NCBI GenBank assembly: GCA_019894975.1 | Contig: JAGXNO010000008.1 | Location: 28,898-92,897, forward strand | Length of the DNA: 64,000 nucleotides | From: Promethearchaeota archaeon | GTDB taxonomy: Archaea > Asgardarchaeota > Lokiarchaeia > Sigyniarchaeales > SOKP01 | Direction of reading: 5' to 3' | Program-made: the position numbers and the translations under genes | Shown: in pieces, positions 28,795 to 38,806 of the stretch | Numbering within the stretch: the first letter of the stretch is position 1 | Layout of the letters: each line of letters opens with the position of its first letter | The notes under the pieces: generated by a model | What the model was told of the DNA's origin: nothing | The model's input: only the letters and a program-made list of their open reading frames with translations | Database searches by the model: none

Positions 28795-29457
28795 TTATTT
28801 AATAGATAAAAACTCTACAATCTGTTCTTCTGATATGCTGCCAATTCTTAAAAATTTTGGTTCTTGAGAAGTGCAGTCAACTATAGTCGTTGAAAGTCGT
28901 GATTTAGATTTGCCACTATCAAGAATTAAATCGATGGGACTTAAAATTTTCTTAGCGACTTCCTCTCCACTAATACAGGGAGGTTCACCGGAATAATTTG
29001 CTGAAGTTCCAATTAAAATCCCAAGATGTCCCTCATTTTTTAATAGGTTCAAAATACTTAAGATAATTTCGTTCTCAGGAACCCGGACACCTATTGTATT
29101 TTTAAAAGCAGTTATTTCCGGTGGTATGACACTATGGTCCTTTTTTTTTAGTATTAGAGTTACTTGTCCCGGCCAATACCGGTTTGCTAATTTTATCGCT
29201 AAGTCATTAAATTCTGCTATCTTGAGAACTTCTTCAAAATCCGAAGCGAGTAGTAGAAAACCTTTGTCTCTATCCCGGTATTTAATATCATATATTCTGT
29301 TAATCACATCTAAATTTAAGGGATTTCCTCCAATCCCATAAACCGAATTAGTTGGAAAAGCAATAATTTTTCCCTCGATTATAGTTTCCACTGCAATTTT
29401 TAGATATAGTTCAATTTCTTCTAGTGTTTTCCCACCTAACTTTACTAAGAATCCCAT
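28795..29457 (-). CDS. L-threonylcarbamoyladenylate synthase (single-domain TsaC/YrdC type)
   Basis: FPTxSVYG, KxR, WPGxxT, GVRVP, TSAN and STxVD; no SUA5 C-terminal domain. Confidence 0.92.
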   Translation of the reverse strand: MGFLVKLGGKTLEEIELYLKIAVETIIEGKIIAFPTNSVYGIGGNPLNLDVINRIYDIKYRDRDKGFLLLASDFEEVLKIAEFNDLAIKLANRYWPGQVTLILKKKDHSVIPPEITAFKNTIGVRVPENEIILSILNLLKNEGHLGILIGTSANYSGEPPCISGEEVAKKILSPIDLILDSGKSKSRLSTTIVDCTSQEPKFLRIGSISEEQIVEFLSIK

Positions 29458-29517
29458 TTGATATTGAATAAAAATTTAAGCGTATAATACAAAAAGAGTA
29501 TTGAATAAATTTAAAGA

Positions 29518-30459
29518 TTATTTTGGGTATTGGTCTTGACAGCTTAATTCAACATTAATTCGTTCCCAATTATGATCTAATTGTTCTTGAAGCTCTATTA
29601 TTTCTTTTTCAGAGACTTGTGAGAATCGTTTTTGTTTGGAAAGATAATCAACTAATGGAGCTCTCTTTGAAGCATCTATTAAGGCTTTACTCTTTTTAGA
29701 TAATGTCATAATACCGTTTTCAACCTCAAATAATATCCACGAACCTGATTTTACAGCTAAACGTGCCACTTCTATTGATTCTTCGCTTTGATATCCCCAA
29801 CCAGGAGGGCAAGGAGCTAAAATATGGATATATTTACAACCTTTAATTGATTGAGCTTTTTTAAATTTATCATATAAATCAAGGGGTTCGCTTATACTAC
29901 AGGTTGCAACATAAGGTATATCATGTGCCGCTAAAATAGCTGGGAGGTTTTTCTTAAACCTTTCTTTTCCAAGAGTTGTGGTTGTAGTGAACGCCCCATG
30001 AGGTGTGCTTGAAGAACGTTGAATTCCGGTATTCATATATGCCTCGTTATCATAACAACAATATATGATATTTGTATTCCTTTCTGCAGCACCACTTAGA
30101 CCTTGAATACCTATGTCTGCTGTACCTCCATCTCCTGCAAATACCAATGATGTTATTTCGTCCCATCCTCTATTTGGGAACTTATGAGCTTTTGCATCGA
30201 ACGCAGCTTTCATACCTGTTGCTGCTGCTGCTCCGGCCGCAAATGCCATATTAGTAAATGGAAAATTTGGTGCCGTTTTAGGCCATAACCCAATAACAAC
30301 ATTTAAACATGAAGCAGGAGTTACAAGTGCTGTATTAGGGCCTAAAGCTTTCATTGCCCATCTAAGTGCAATTTCAAGACCACAACCAGCACAGCAAGAA
30401 TTTCCCGGGAGGAAAAACTCTTCCTGACATGATTCTAACGCTTCTTTTAGTTTTACCAT
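29518..30459 (-). CDS. porB: pyruvate/2-oxoacid:ferredoxin oxidoreductase beta subunit
   Basis: CAGCG, TPP motif GDGGTADIG...DNEAYMNTG and PCPPGW. Confidence 0.93.
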   Translation of the reverse strand: MVKLKEALESCQEEFFLPGNSCCAGCGLEIALRWAMKALGPNTALVTPASCLNVVIGLWPKTAPNFPFTNMAFAAGAAAATGMKAAFDAKAHKFPNRGWDEITSLVFAGDGGTADIGIQGLSGAAERNTNIIYCCYDNEAYMNTGIQRSSSTPHGAFTTTTTLGKERFKKNLPAILAAHDIPYVATCSISEPLDLYDKFKKAQSIKGCKYIHILAPCPPGWGYQSEESIEVARLAVKSGSWILFEVENGIMTLSKKSKALIDASKRAPLVDYLSKQKRFSQVSEKEIIELQEQLDHNWERINVELSCQDQYPK

Positions 30460-30462
30460 CTC

Positions 30463-31719
30463 TTATTCAACCTCCAATAAACCATCCCAGAAAGTCCCAT
30501 GTATAATATCCTTTGGTAACTCCCCGGTTTCTTCTAATTTTATCAAAAATTTTAATTGATTTTTTTGTTGTTCGAGAGAAACCTCTCTTCCTCCTAATCC
30601 ATTGATGATTGGTAAAATTTTAGTTTTCACTTCTGTACCATGCAAAGCTGACTTTACCTCACAACTGACAGGACCTCCAGTTTGAGAACCAAATGCTGTT
30701 GCTCTGTCAATAACTCCAATGACATTAACTTTTTTGACAGATTCTATTATATCTTCTACTGGAAACGGTCGAAAATGCCTCAACTTTACCATACCTACCT
30801 TATATCCTTCTTCCCTCAAATCATCAATAGCTTGCTCCATTTGCAAGGCTAAATCTCCATAAATTACCACGCCAGCTTTAGCATCATTCATATGATATTC
30901 TTGAATTAACCCGTTTCCATAATTTCTCCCAAATTTCTTTTCAAACTCAACGGCAACTTCCTTAATTTTTTCCTTTGCTCTTATGAAGGCTTCCTGAATT
31001 TTCATCCTAAATTCATAATAAAATCCCGAGGGCATTATAAGATTTCCAAACATCATAGGTCTTTTAGGATCCATCCATATATGAGGCCATCCCTCTTCAC
31101 CTGGCAAAGGGGGCAAAAATTCATCTACACGATCTTGGTCCTCGATTATAACTGGTTTTGAAGTGTGAGATAGAATAAAACCACCATATGCGACAAATTT
31201 TGGAAGCAATATATCGTAATCTTCACACACTTTATAAGACATTAAAATTTCGTCATAAATTTCTTGATGAGAAGCACAAAATGAACTCATCCATCCTGTG
31301 TCCCTTTGACTTAGCACATCAGTAAAGTCTGCCCAAATATTCCAAGGAGGCGCTGGAGCTCTAGAAGCAATCGCAACGACAATTGGGAGTCTGGCGCCTG
31401 CGGCCCAATGAATCATTTCATGTGCATAAAATATACCTTGACCGGATGTTGCGGTAAAAGTTCTGGTACCCGCTTTACTAGCACCAATTACTGCAGCAAA
31501 AACACTATGCTCTGATTCCATTTTAATATATTGAGTTCCTGGCATTTCTCCTTTATCTGCAAATTCCGATAGCTTCTCCACGACTGTTGTTTGAGGGGTT
31601 ATTGGATATGCGCTAATTACTTGCACCCGGGATGATTTTGCAGCATACGCAGCTGCGACATTCCCTTTAATAATAATAGTTTCGCGTTCCTGTATAAAGT
31701 CATTTTGAGCTTCAACCAT
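30463..31719 (-). CDS. porA: pyruvate/2-oxoacid:ferredoxin oxidoreductase alpha subunit
   Basis: AYPITPQT, ESEHS, TATSGQG, RPFP and GLGGRE. Confidence 0.94.
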   Translation of the reverse strand: MVEAQNDFIQERETIIIKGNVAAAYAAKSSRVQVISAYPITPQTTVVEKLSEFADKGEMPGTQYIKMESEHSVFAAVIGASKAGTRTFTATSGQGIFYAHEMIHWAAGARLPIVVAIASRAPAPPWNIWADFTDVLSQRDTGWMSSFCASHQEIYDEILMSYKVCEDYDILLPKFVAYGGFILSHTSKPVIIEDQDRVDEFLPPLPGEEGWPHIWMDPKRPMMFGNLIMPSGFYYEFRMKIQEAFIRAKEKIKEVAVEFEKKFGRNYGNGLIQEYHMNDAKAGVVIYGDLALQMEQAIDDLREEGYKVGMVKLRHFRPFPVEDIIESVKKVNVIGVIDRATAFGSQTGGPVSCEVKSALHGTEVKTKILPIINGLGGREVSLEQQKNQLKFLIKLEETGELPKDIIHGTFWDGLLEVE

Positions 31720-32056
31720 CTACATCACTCTCTCTTTTCATTTCAATATTATTTGAAGGGCATTCTTTGGCACAAATACCACAACCTTTACAATAATCTA
31801 AATTTATCTCAAAAGAACCGTCTTCTTTCTTTTTAATTACTCCTTCAGGACAATACATCCAACAGATGCCACATTGATTACATCCTTCCAAGATTATGGG
31901 TCTAAATGTTCTCCAGTCACCTGTTGTACCGATACTTCCATCAATTGGCAAAGATATAGGAATAGGGGGTAGTTCTTCCCAATTTTTATATTCTTGGAGT
32001 TTTGGACGTTCTTCAACAGACTTATTAATTTTCTCCCATTTTTTAGATTTTGTCAT
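31712..32056 (-). CDS. porD: 2-oxoacid:ferredoxin oxidoreductase delta subunit (2x[4Fe-4S])
   Basis: TGDWRTFRP, CxxCxxCxxxCP and CKGCGICAxECP. Confidence 0.93.
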   Translation of the reverse strand: MTKSKKWEKINKSVEERPKLQEYKNWEELPPIPISLPIDGSIGTTGDWRTFRPIILEGCNQCGICWMYCPEGVIKKKEDGSFEINLDYCKGCGICAKECPSNNIEMKRESDVDG

Positions 32057-32058
32057 TA

Positions 32059-32637
32059 TTATACCTCCTTTACCGTTTCAAATGCTTCCTTTGCCACACT
32101 CATATTTTTTTCTAATCTCCCCTCTCCAAATTCCTTTTTTATGACTTTTTCCATAGTTTCAAGATTGTAATAACCTGTAATCTTTCCAAATGCTCCTAAC
32201 ATAGGAATATTTAGAATGGGCCCACTAGAATGCATAAAATCTTTTCGGATACAAATTCCTGTTGCATCAACAATGTAAATTTTAATATTTTGAGGAAGGT
32301 TTGAGTTATCGATAGGTTCTGCACTATTAGCAATTAAAGTCGTGCCTTCCTTTATAGAATCTTTTATTTTTGGTATATCCAATAATGAGGTATCAAACAT
32401 TAAAATATAATCCGGATTTACAACACTATCATATGTTTTAATAGTTTTACTTCTTGATATTTTCGAAAATGCTTGTATGGGGGCACCTCTTCTCTCGGCA
32501 CCGATTATAGGGATTGCTATTGTATCCTGAAAACCTTCTTCAAATGCCATTTCAGAGAGTAATTGACTCGCGGTTATGCATGTTTGACCACCTCTACAGT
32601 GCATCGAGATTTCTACAATTTTTTGTTCTTGAGACAA
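32059..32637 (-). CDS. porG: 2-oxoacid:ferredoxin oxidoreductase gamma subunit
   Basis: HxRGGQ, GAERRGAP, VDATGI and NxxMLGA. Confidence 0.92.
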   Translation of the reverse strand: MSQEQKIVEISMHCRGGQTCITASQLLSEMAFEEGFQDTIAIPIIGAERRGAPIQAFSKISRSKTIKTYDSVVNPDYILMFDTSLLDIPKIKDSIKEGTTLIANSAEPIDNSNLPQNIKIYIVDATGICIRKDFMHSSGPILNIPMLGAFGKITGYYNLETMEKVIKKEFGEGRLEKNMSVAKEAFETVKEV

Positions 32638-32879
32638 ATTTAACCAACTTATTAATTTTGATTTCTTCTATTACAAATGAACTAGAATTCTTATGATTTT
32701 TCTCTAATAATTGCAATATTAAACAATAATATAGAGTTTTTAATTATAATTATTATATCTAAAAATAAGGTTCTAATAAATAGTTTATTTTCTAAATTCC
32801 GTTAATTTGAATTAATGTAGAGAAACATTAAAATAGTATAAGATTAATTTTATGCTTAATTATTTTTTATATCATTCTT

Positions 32880-33449
32880 ATGACTGAAGAAAACAGGAAT
32901 AGCGAAACTGTATATTCATTTAAATGCCCTTCATGTGAATTAGGTACGATTAATGTAGTAAAGAGTATATATGATCTATCTGATGGGGATCAAATGCTCA
33001 TAATAAAATTCGAATGCGATCATTGCAGCTTTCACAAAAATGATGTGATTCCTTTGACAACTAATACAGAGCCAGGATTAAAAACCTTAAAAGTGACTAA
33101 TGAGGAAGATCTTAAATCAAAGATTTATCGTTCTCCTGTAGGAAAATTAGAAATTCCTGAGCTTGAAGTAATGGTTGAACCAGGACCTAGAGCAGATTTT
33201 TATTATACTAATGTAGAAGGCATATTATATAGATTTGAAAGTGCAGTTTTAATATATAGAAATAGTCTCGAAGAAGGTGACCCAGAAATTCCTGGAATTG
33301 AAGAAATACTAAATAATTTAAGCAAAGCATTAGTAGGCAAGTTTGAATTTACATTGAAAATAACTGATTTTGGTGGAGGGAGTTATATAATCCCTAAGGA
33401 TAAATCAAAATATAAATTTGAAAAACTTGAGACTGAAGAATCAGAATAA
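32880..33449 (+). CDS. ZPR1-type zinc finger protein
   Basis: CPSC...CDHC, IPEL, PGP, TNVEG and DxxGxSYI. Confidence 0.9.
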   Translation: MTEENRNSETVYSFKCPSCELGTINVVKSIYDLSDGDQMLIIKFECDHCSFHKNDVIPLTTNTEPGLKTLKVTNEEDLKSKIYRSPVGKLEIPELEVMVEPGPRADFYYTNVEGILYRFESAVLIYRNSLEEGDPEIPGIEEILNNLSKALVGKFEFTLKITDFGGGSYIIPKDKSKYKFEKLETEESE

Positions 33450-33509
33450 AGATAAAATATAATTTTATCATAATAGTTTATTATTAAACAAAGTCATATT
33501 CTAAAATTA

Positions 33510-34673
33510 GTGATAGGCATGGGAAACCAAATTAAAAAAATTGGAATTTTAACTGGAGGGGGAGATTGCCCTGGATTAAATTCCGTGCTCTATGGAATTA
33601 TGTTAAAGGCTTATGATGCAGGGATTGAGTGTATTGGTATCCTTAAAGGATGGAAAGGATTTATAGACAATGAGTTCATTAAACTTGACATCGCAGATCA
33701 TGATGATTTGCATACTGTTGGGGGAACTATTTTATATACCAGTAGGACAAACCCTTTTGAAGGTGCAGATTCAAAAGAAGAGAGGGCTAAAGAACTTACA
33801 AAGAAATTTGAGGATTTGGGAATAGATGCTTTAATTGCTATAGGAGGTGACGATAGTCTTGGGGTAGCTAGTATGCTCTATCAATTTGCGGATGCAAAAG
33901 TAGTTGGGTGCCCAAAAACAATTGATAACGATCTGGCAGGAACCCATTATACATTTGGGTTCTGGAGTGCTGTTCAATTAGCTTCTAATGCAATGGATAA
34001 TCTAACAACAACAGCCCGTTCACATCAGAGAGTATTTGTAGTAGAGGTTATGGGAAGAGATGCCGGTTTTTTGGCTATGTATAGTGGCATTTCTGCGGGA
34101 GCAGATATTATTTTAATCCCCGAAACTCCGTTTGATTTAGAAAAGGATGTTATTGACGTTCTAAAAAAAAGAGTTAATGCGGGATATAGCTATCATATTA
34201 TAGCTACATCTGAAGGCGCTTACCCAAATGCAGAGTCTTTAGATAGAGATTTTAAGACTATATCAAAAAAAAAAATAGATAAGTTGCCTAAAGACACTTT
34301 CGGTAATCCTTTATTGGCAAAATTAAGTATGTCTAAAATAATTGTTGATGAATTGAATTTGAGAGATGACTTAAAACAAGAGTTTCAGAGGAACGGGGTG
34401 GTATTTGAATGTCGGAACGTAGTACTTGGCCATACTATGCGTGCGGGAACACCAAATTCATTTGACAGGATATTAGGCTTAAGATTTGGGTTAGCAGCTA
34501 TGAAACTTGTGTTGGAGGGTAAATTTGGGAATATGGTATCACTCCAGGGAAACAAAATAGAAACAATTCCTCTTTCAGAAGGAGTAAAAAAGAAACATAT
34601 TACCCCAGAAAACGATAAAATGGAATTACGTGATTTACTTGTAAAAATAAGATATCTTAGCAAACAAAAATAA
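33510..34673 (+). CDS. PfkA-family 6-phosphofructokinase, probably PPi-dependent
   Basis: TGGGDCPG, GGTIL, GGDD, PKTIDND, EVMGR and LGH. Confidence 0.9.
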   Translation: MIGMGNQIKKIGILTGGGDCPGLNSVLYGIMLKAYDAGIECIGILKGWKGFIDNEFIKLDIADHDDLHTVGGTILYTSRTNPFEGADSKEERAKELTKKFEDLGIDALIAIGGDDSLGVASMLYQFADAKVVGCPKTIDNDLAGTHYTFGFWSAVQLASNAMDNLTTTARSHQRVFVVEVMGRDAGFLAMYSGISAGADIILIPETPFDLEKDVIDVLKKRVNAGYSYHIIATSEGAYPNAESLDRDFKTISKKKIDKLPKDTFGNPLLAKLSMSKIIVDELNLRDDLKQEFQRNGVVFECRNVVLGHTMRAGTPNSFDRILGLRFGLAAMKLVLEGKFGNMVSLQGNKIETIPLSEGVKKKHITPENDKMELRDLLVKIRYLSKQK

Positions 34674-34694
34674 TTAACTAAAGTGATTTAGCTT

Positions 34695-34955
34695 ATGGGT
34701 GAAATAAAAGGGATTCTTTTTGCTATTACTGTAGGAAAAGGGTCAAGATCGGAAGGACCTAAATATTTTATTAAACCATTAGATGATTATAAAAACAGAT
34801 GGTCAGAAATCCTCGTTAGGAAAAAGACGCATATGTGGGAGAATGATCCTGAATTGCATAAGTATCTCGATAAAGAAGTGTTGATATCTGGGGATATAAT
34901 CGAGACCAAGAGCACAATTACAATTGACTATTCGAATGTGAAAGCATTAGAATAA
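34695..34955 (+). CDS. small hypothetical protein (possible OB-like beta fold)
   Basis: 86-aa ORF with SD-like upstream sequence, co-oriented after pfk. Confidence 0.6.
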   Translation: MGEIKGILFAITVGKGSRSEGPKYFIKPLDDYKNRWSEILVRKKTHMWENDPELHKYLDKEVLISGDIIETKSTITIDYSNVKALE

Positions 34956-34997
34956 ATCATCATTAGAAAAAATCTAATAAAAGGTGGAAATACTCAA

Positions 34998-35987
34998 TTG
35001 CATAAGCAAATTCAGAATTTAGCTCACAAAATTTTAGAGTTAAATCCCGAACCTATTCCAAAATATTTAATATTACGAGATATCTTAGAAAAAGATCCCA
35101 AGCAACTGACTGAGTTGAAAAAACAGGTTCTACAGTCTAAGTGGGTAATCGATATTTTAGACGAACAGCGAGAGAATGGCTCATGGGGACGATTTCATAG
35201 CCAAAATACTAAGTTAAAGCAAAAATATGTTACTACCGAAGTTGCTCTCCACCGTTGCGCAGTGATGGGATTAGCTAAACAGGATCTCCCAATCCAAAAA
35301 GCTATAGACTACATGGAGAAAGTTTTACAAGGAAATATTGTATGGGAAGATGGGCGTGAAAAATCGGAAGCATGGGATGCGGGTGTAGCAGTAATAACTG
35401 CAAGTACATTAGCAGAATGGTGTCCGAATCATTCTCTGGTGTTACCAATACGAATGATGTGGCAAGATATTGTAAAAGAATCATTTGAAAATTCTCAATA
35501 CAATCCATCTCTTGAAGTAGCAGCACAGCAAAAATATCATCACATTTCATCAGATTTTTACTATATAGGATCCCTATATGCCGTTAGGCTTTTAAGTACG
35601 GGAAAAAATGAGAAAGAAAAGCAATTCTCCCGTGATTTTGAAAAAGTTTATCTCAAGTGGTTATGGACTCGAGAATCAGGAATGGGTTATGTATCGCAGA
35701 ATCGTTTAGCAGATCTACCTGTGGAGGTAACCTATAAATCAATAAGATCAAAACTAAAAGCCTTAGAATTGTTAGCAGGTTTTTCCAGCACGTCATCTAT
35801 ATGCCAAGATTTCATTCAGTGGTTATGGAACAACCGGGAAGAAGATGGTTTATGGGATTTCGGACCTAAAGGAGCTGAAAAGATTGAATTACCTCTCTCA
35901 GAAAACACTCGATATAAAATAAACAGAAAAATCGATTATTCAGTCAGAATTCTCTCAATCTTACATAAAGTTATAACTAATCAGTAG
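34998..35987 (+). CDS. hypothetical protein with prenyltransferase/squalene-cyclase-like QW repeats
   Basis: QRENGSWG and REEDGLWD motifs; helical; GGTGG SD-like element. Confidence 0.55.
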   Translation: MHKQIQNLAHKILELNPEPIPKYLILRDILEKDPKQLTELKKQVLQSKWVIDILDEQRENGSWGRFHSQNTKLKQKYVTTEVALHRCAVMGLAKQDLPIQKAIDYMEKVLQGNIVWEDGREKSEAWDAGVAVITASTLAEWCPNHSLVLPIRMMWQDIVKESFENSQYNPSLEVAAQQKYHHISSDFYYIGSLYAVRLLSTGKNEKEKQFSRDFEKVYLKWLWTRESGMGYVSQNRLADLPVEVTYKSIRSKLKALELLAGFSSTSSICQDFIQWLWNNREEDGLWDFGPKGAEKIELPLSENTRYKINRKIDYSVRILSILHKVITNQ

Positions 35988-36055
35988 TTTTTTATCAACG
36001 TAATTTTTAAAATTCTTTGAAGGATTAAAGATTATTAATTAAAGTTGTTTTTTTG

Positions 36056-36157
36056 GATTCCTGAAAGGACAAATAGATGTGCTTTGAGGAAATACTTGTG
36101 AAAAAGTTCGTGAAACGCATCTTTCACGAAGATTTTTGTGTAAAATAATTAGGAATC
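36056..36157. other. nested inverted repeats in the intergenic region upstream of the MFS gene
   Basis: GATTCCT(36056)/AGGAATC(36151) enclosing perfect TTCGTGAAA(36107)/TTTCACGAA(36122). Confidence 0.45.
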
Positions 36158-36287
36158 ATTCACCACAAACTCCAAGTTCAATTGTAGTTCAACAATCTAA
36201 ACTATAAATATCATTAATTTTTTACTCTATTAGGATATATTTCTTGTAAATCTTTATAAATTCAAAATTTTAAAAGAAAATTTACTT

Positions 36288-37538
36288 ATGTTTACAAAAA
36301 TCAAACGTGTATATAATGAATACCCTAGTGCATTTAAAGTGCTGACTCTAGCTACATTCATTGATATGCTAGGCTCCTTTTTGTTATATCCCTTTTATGC
36401 TCTCTATATAACTGCCCATTTTGGTGTAGGGATGACCGAGGTAGGGATTCTATTTTCGATCTTCTCAGCAGGAAATATATTTGGGGGTATTATCGGAGGA
36501 GCCTTAGCAGATAAGTATGGTCGTCGTGTGATGGTTATAATTGGGTTGGTGGTAAGCGGAACAGGAAGTATATTCATGGGTTTAGTTGACGATTTAGTAT
36601 TATTTTATGTAATTGCCGGATTTTTAGGATTAGTTGGCAATTTTGGAGGTCCTGCAAGGCAAGCGATGGTAGTAGATTTACTTCCAAAAGAAAAACAAGC
36701 AGAAGGATTTGGAATTCTGAGAATAGCATTCAACGTTTCTGCATCGGTGGGTCCTATTCTCGGCGGTTTTTTAGCAACGAGGTCATTCATGCTTTTATTC
36801 ATAGCAGATGCTATAAGTAGTTTGGTTACTGCGGGGATAGTATATCTTGTCATTCCAGAAACTAAACCACAAAATTTAGAGGGAAAACAGGAAGAAAGTA
36901 TAATAAAAACCCTAAAAGGATACAAAGTGGTTTTAAAGGACGGTTTATTTGTATTGTTTCTCTTAATCTCTGCTATAACGGTGTTAGTATACATGCAAAT
37001 GAACAGTACTCTTTCGGTATTTTTACGGGACGAACATGGGTTTTCAGCGCAGAATTTTGGTTTCTTACTCAGTATGAATGCACTCATAGTTGTTTTCTTT
37101 CAATTTTGGATAACAAGGAAGGTATCAAAGTATGCTCCAATGAAGATGATGGCGTTCGGAACGTTATTCTATATGATTGGATTTGCTATGTATGGTTTTA
37201 TTTCTGCAACATACATGTTTTTTATTGCAATGATCATCATTACAATTGGTGAAATGATTGTGAGCCCAGTATCGCAGGCAGCGGCGGCTTCCTTTGCTCC
37301 AGAAGATAAGCGAGGAAGATACATGGCCGTTTTTAGTTTTCAATGGGCTATCCCAAACCTTTTTGGAGTAATACTCGCCGGAATAGTGATGGAAAGCCTT
37401 GGACCAAACTGGGTTTGGTATTTTGCAGGGATCTTGAGTATGTTCGCAATACTTGGATTTTGGCTGCTTCATGGCATAGCTAAACATCGGTTTTTAAAAG
37501 AAGAGTTGCCTTTAGAAGAAGAAGTCATAATAGGATAA
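36288..37538 (+). CDS. MFS transporter (MdtH-like)
   Basis: About 12 TM helices; motif A GALADKYGRR and APEDKRGRY. Confidence 0.92.
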   Translation: MFTKIKRVYNEYPSAFKVLTLATFIDMLGSFLLYPFYALYITAHFGVGMTEVGILFSIFSAGNIFGGIIGGALADKYGRRVMVIIGLVVSGTGSIFMGLVDDLVLFYVIAGFLGLVGNFGGPARQAMVVDLLPKEKQAEGFGILRIAFNVSASVGPILGGFLATRSFMLLFIADAISSLVTAGIVYLVIPETKPQNLEGKQEESIIKTLKGYKVVLKDGLFVLFLLISAITVLVYMQMNSTLSVFLRDEHGFSAQNFGFLLSMNALIVVFFQFWITRKVSKYAPMKMMAFGTLFYMIGFAMYGFISATYMFFIAMIIITIGEMIVSPVSQAAAASFAPEDKRGRYMAVFSFQWAIPNLFGVILAGIVMESLGPNWVWYFAGILSMFAILGFWLLHGIAKHRFLKEELPLEEEVIIG

Positions 37539-37540
37539 GA

Positions 37541-38692
37541 TTAATTCTCAACCTCAAATATAATTTTGAGATATTCATATTTAGAATTAAGTAATTTTAG
37601 GATCTTTTCAACAAAGGATCTTAAATTAGAGACCTGAGTTGGTTTTTCATCAACTTGTTCAAGTAAAAATTCATGTAACATATTTCTAGTATTGTCTGGG
37701 CCATTTTCTTCTAAATAGTTCGTCCAATGAATTGAAGTTCTACAAATTCTTTTTAAAACTTCATCAGGATATTCAATTTTATCGAAAATTTTATCATGAT
37801 ATTTCGCTAAAGCATTACTAAGTCTTTCTAAGTGATCAGCAATACCAAAGGAATATCTACATAAACTAATTATATTTGAAGTAATTCTAGTGCTTCTAGT
37901 ATTAGTCGCGGCTTCGAATGAGACCCATACTTCATTCCATTCATTTTTATTTCTCCCAGCTGATCCATCATTAAAAAGAGCAACATTGATTATATCGCTA
38001 AGATCAACATCGTGTCCCCTCTTAAGTTTCTTATTAAATATCTCTTTGAGCCTGGTACCTTCTAAATAACTTCCGGCGCCAAAATCGAGCAATTGATTGA
38101 GGTTATTAGCCGCGCAAAGAGCTTCATGTCTTGTTTCACCGGTATCAGGGTTAACCCATTCTACACGTTTTTCCCATTCTCCTGTCTCTTTGTTTTTTAT
38201 CCAGCCCATTTCCCTTAATACATGATCTAATAAATGAACCTGAAAAGACCAAAAATCTATATCGTCCGTGAAACGTTTTCTTCTCCAATCTCTGGTTGTG
38301 TATTTTCCTAAATATAATTTCAGAGTTCCACGTACTAATTCGAACTTTCCATCTTTCAATGTCTCGTAAGCATTTTTGTAATACACATTTTCTGGCTCAT
38401 TTGAAATTTTTACAATTCTGTTAATGACCTTTCGCGCTTCTCCTGCCACTACATCACATGGTATACTCCCATCAGAAGGATATGACCTAGATCCCCCATC
38501 TAAAAAGTTTTTAAATAAAACTAAATCATTAACTGGTATTTTATACCAAGGATTATTGAATAATAATTTACTGAATACATAATGTGTGAAATCTTGCTCA
38601 TCCACTTTAGTTTTTCCAGGTAAAGGAGAGACATCTCTTAATTTATCTCCTTTTTGAACAGCATCGGCTTTAATATCCCAAATTGTGGTCAT
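37541..38692 (-). CDS. hypothetical protein with Pol-beta/AbiEii-like nucleotidyltransferase motifs
   Basis: VRGT...RFTDDIDF and KxxRxxxxDxxD (KLKRGHDVDLSD). Confidence 0.5.
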   Translation of the reverse strand: MTTIWDIKADAVQKGDKLRDVSPLPGKTKVDEQDFTHYVFSKLLFNNPWYKIPVNDLVLFKNFLDGGSRSYPSDGSIPCDVVAGEARKVINRIVKISNEPENVYYKNAYETLKDGKFELVRGTLKLYLGKYTTRDWRRKRFTDDIDFWSFQVHLLDHVLREMGWIKNKETGEWEKRVEWVNPDTGETRHEALCAANNLNQLLDFGAGSYLEGTRLKEIFNKKLKRGHDVDLSDIINVALFNDGSAGRNKNEWNEVWVSFEAATNTRSTRITSNIISLCRYSFGIADHLERLSNALAKYHDKIFDKIEYPDEVLKRICRTSIHWTNYLEENGPDNTRNMLHEFLLEQVDEKPTQVSNLRSFVEKILKLLNSKYEYLKIIFEVEN

Positions 38693-38806
38693 ACGAGATA
38701 GTATATTGAATGTAGTTTTTAAAAATTGTTAATTTAAAATATAAAATTAATTTTTAAACTTAGAATCTATTGATAATATAACTTAAAACACGAAAAACTG
38801 AAAAAA

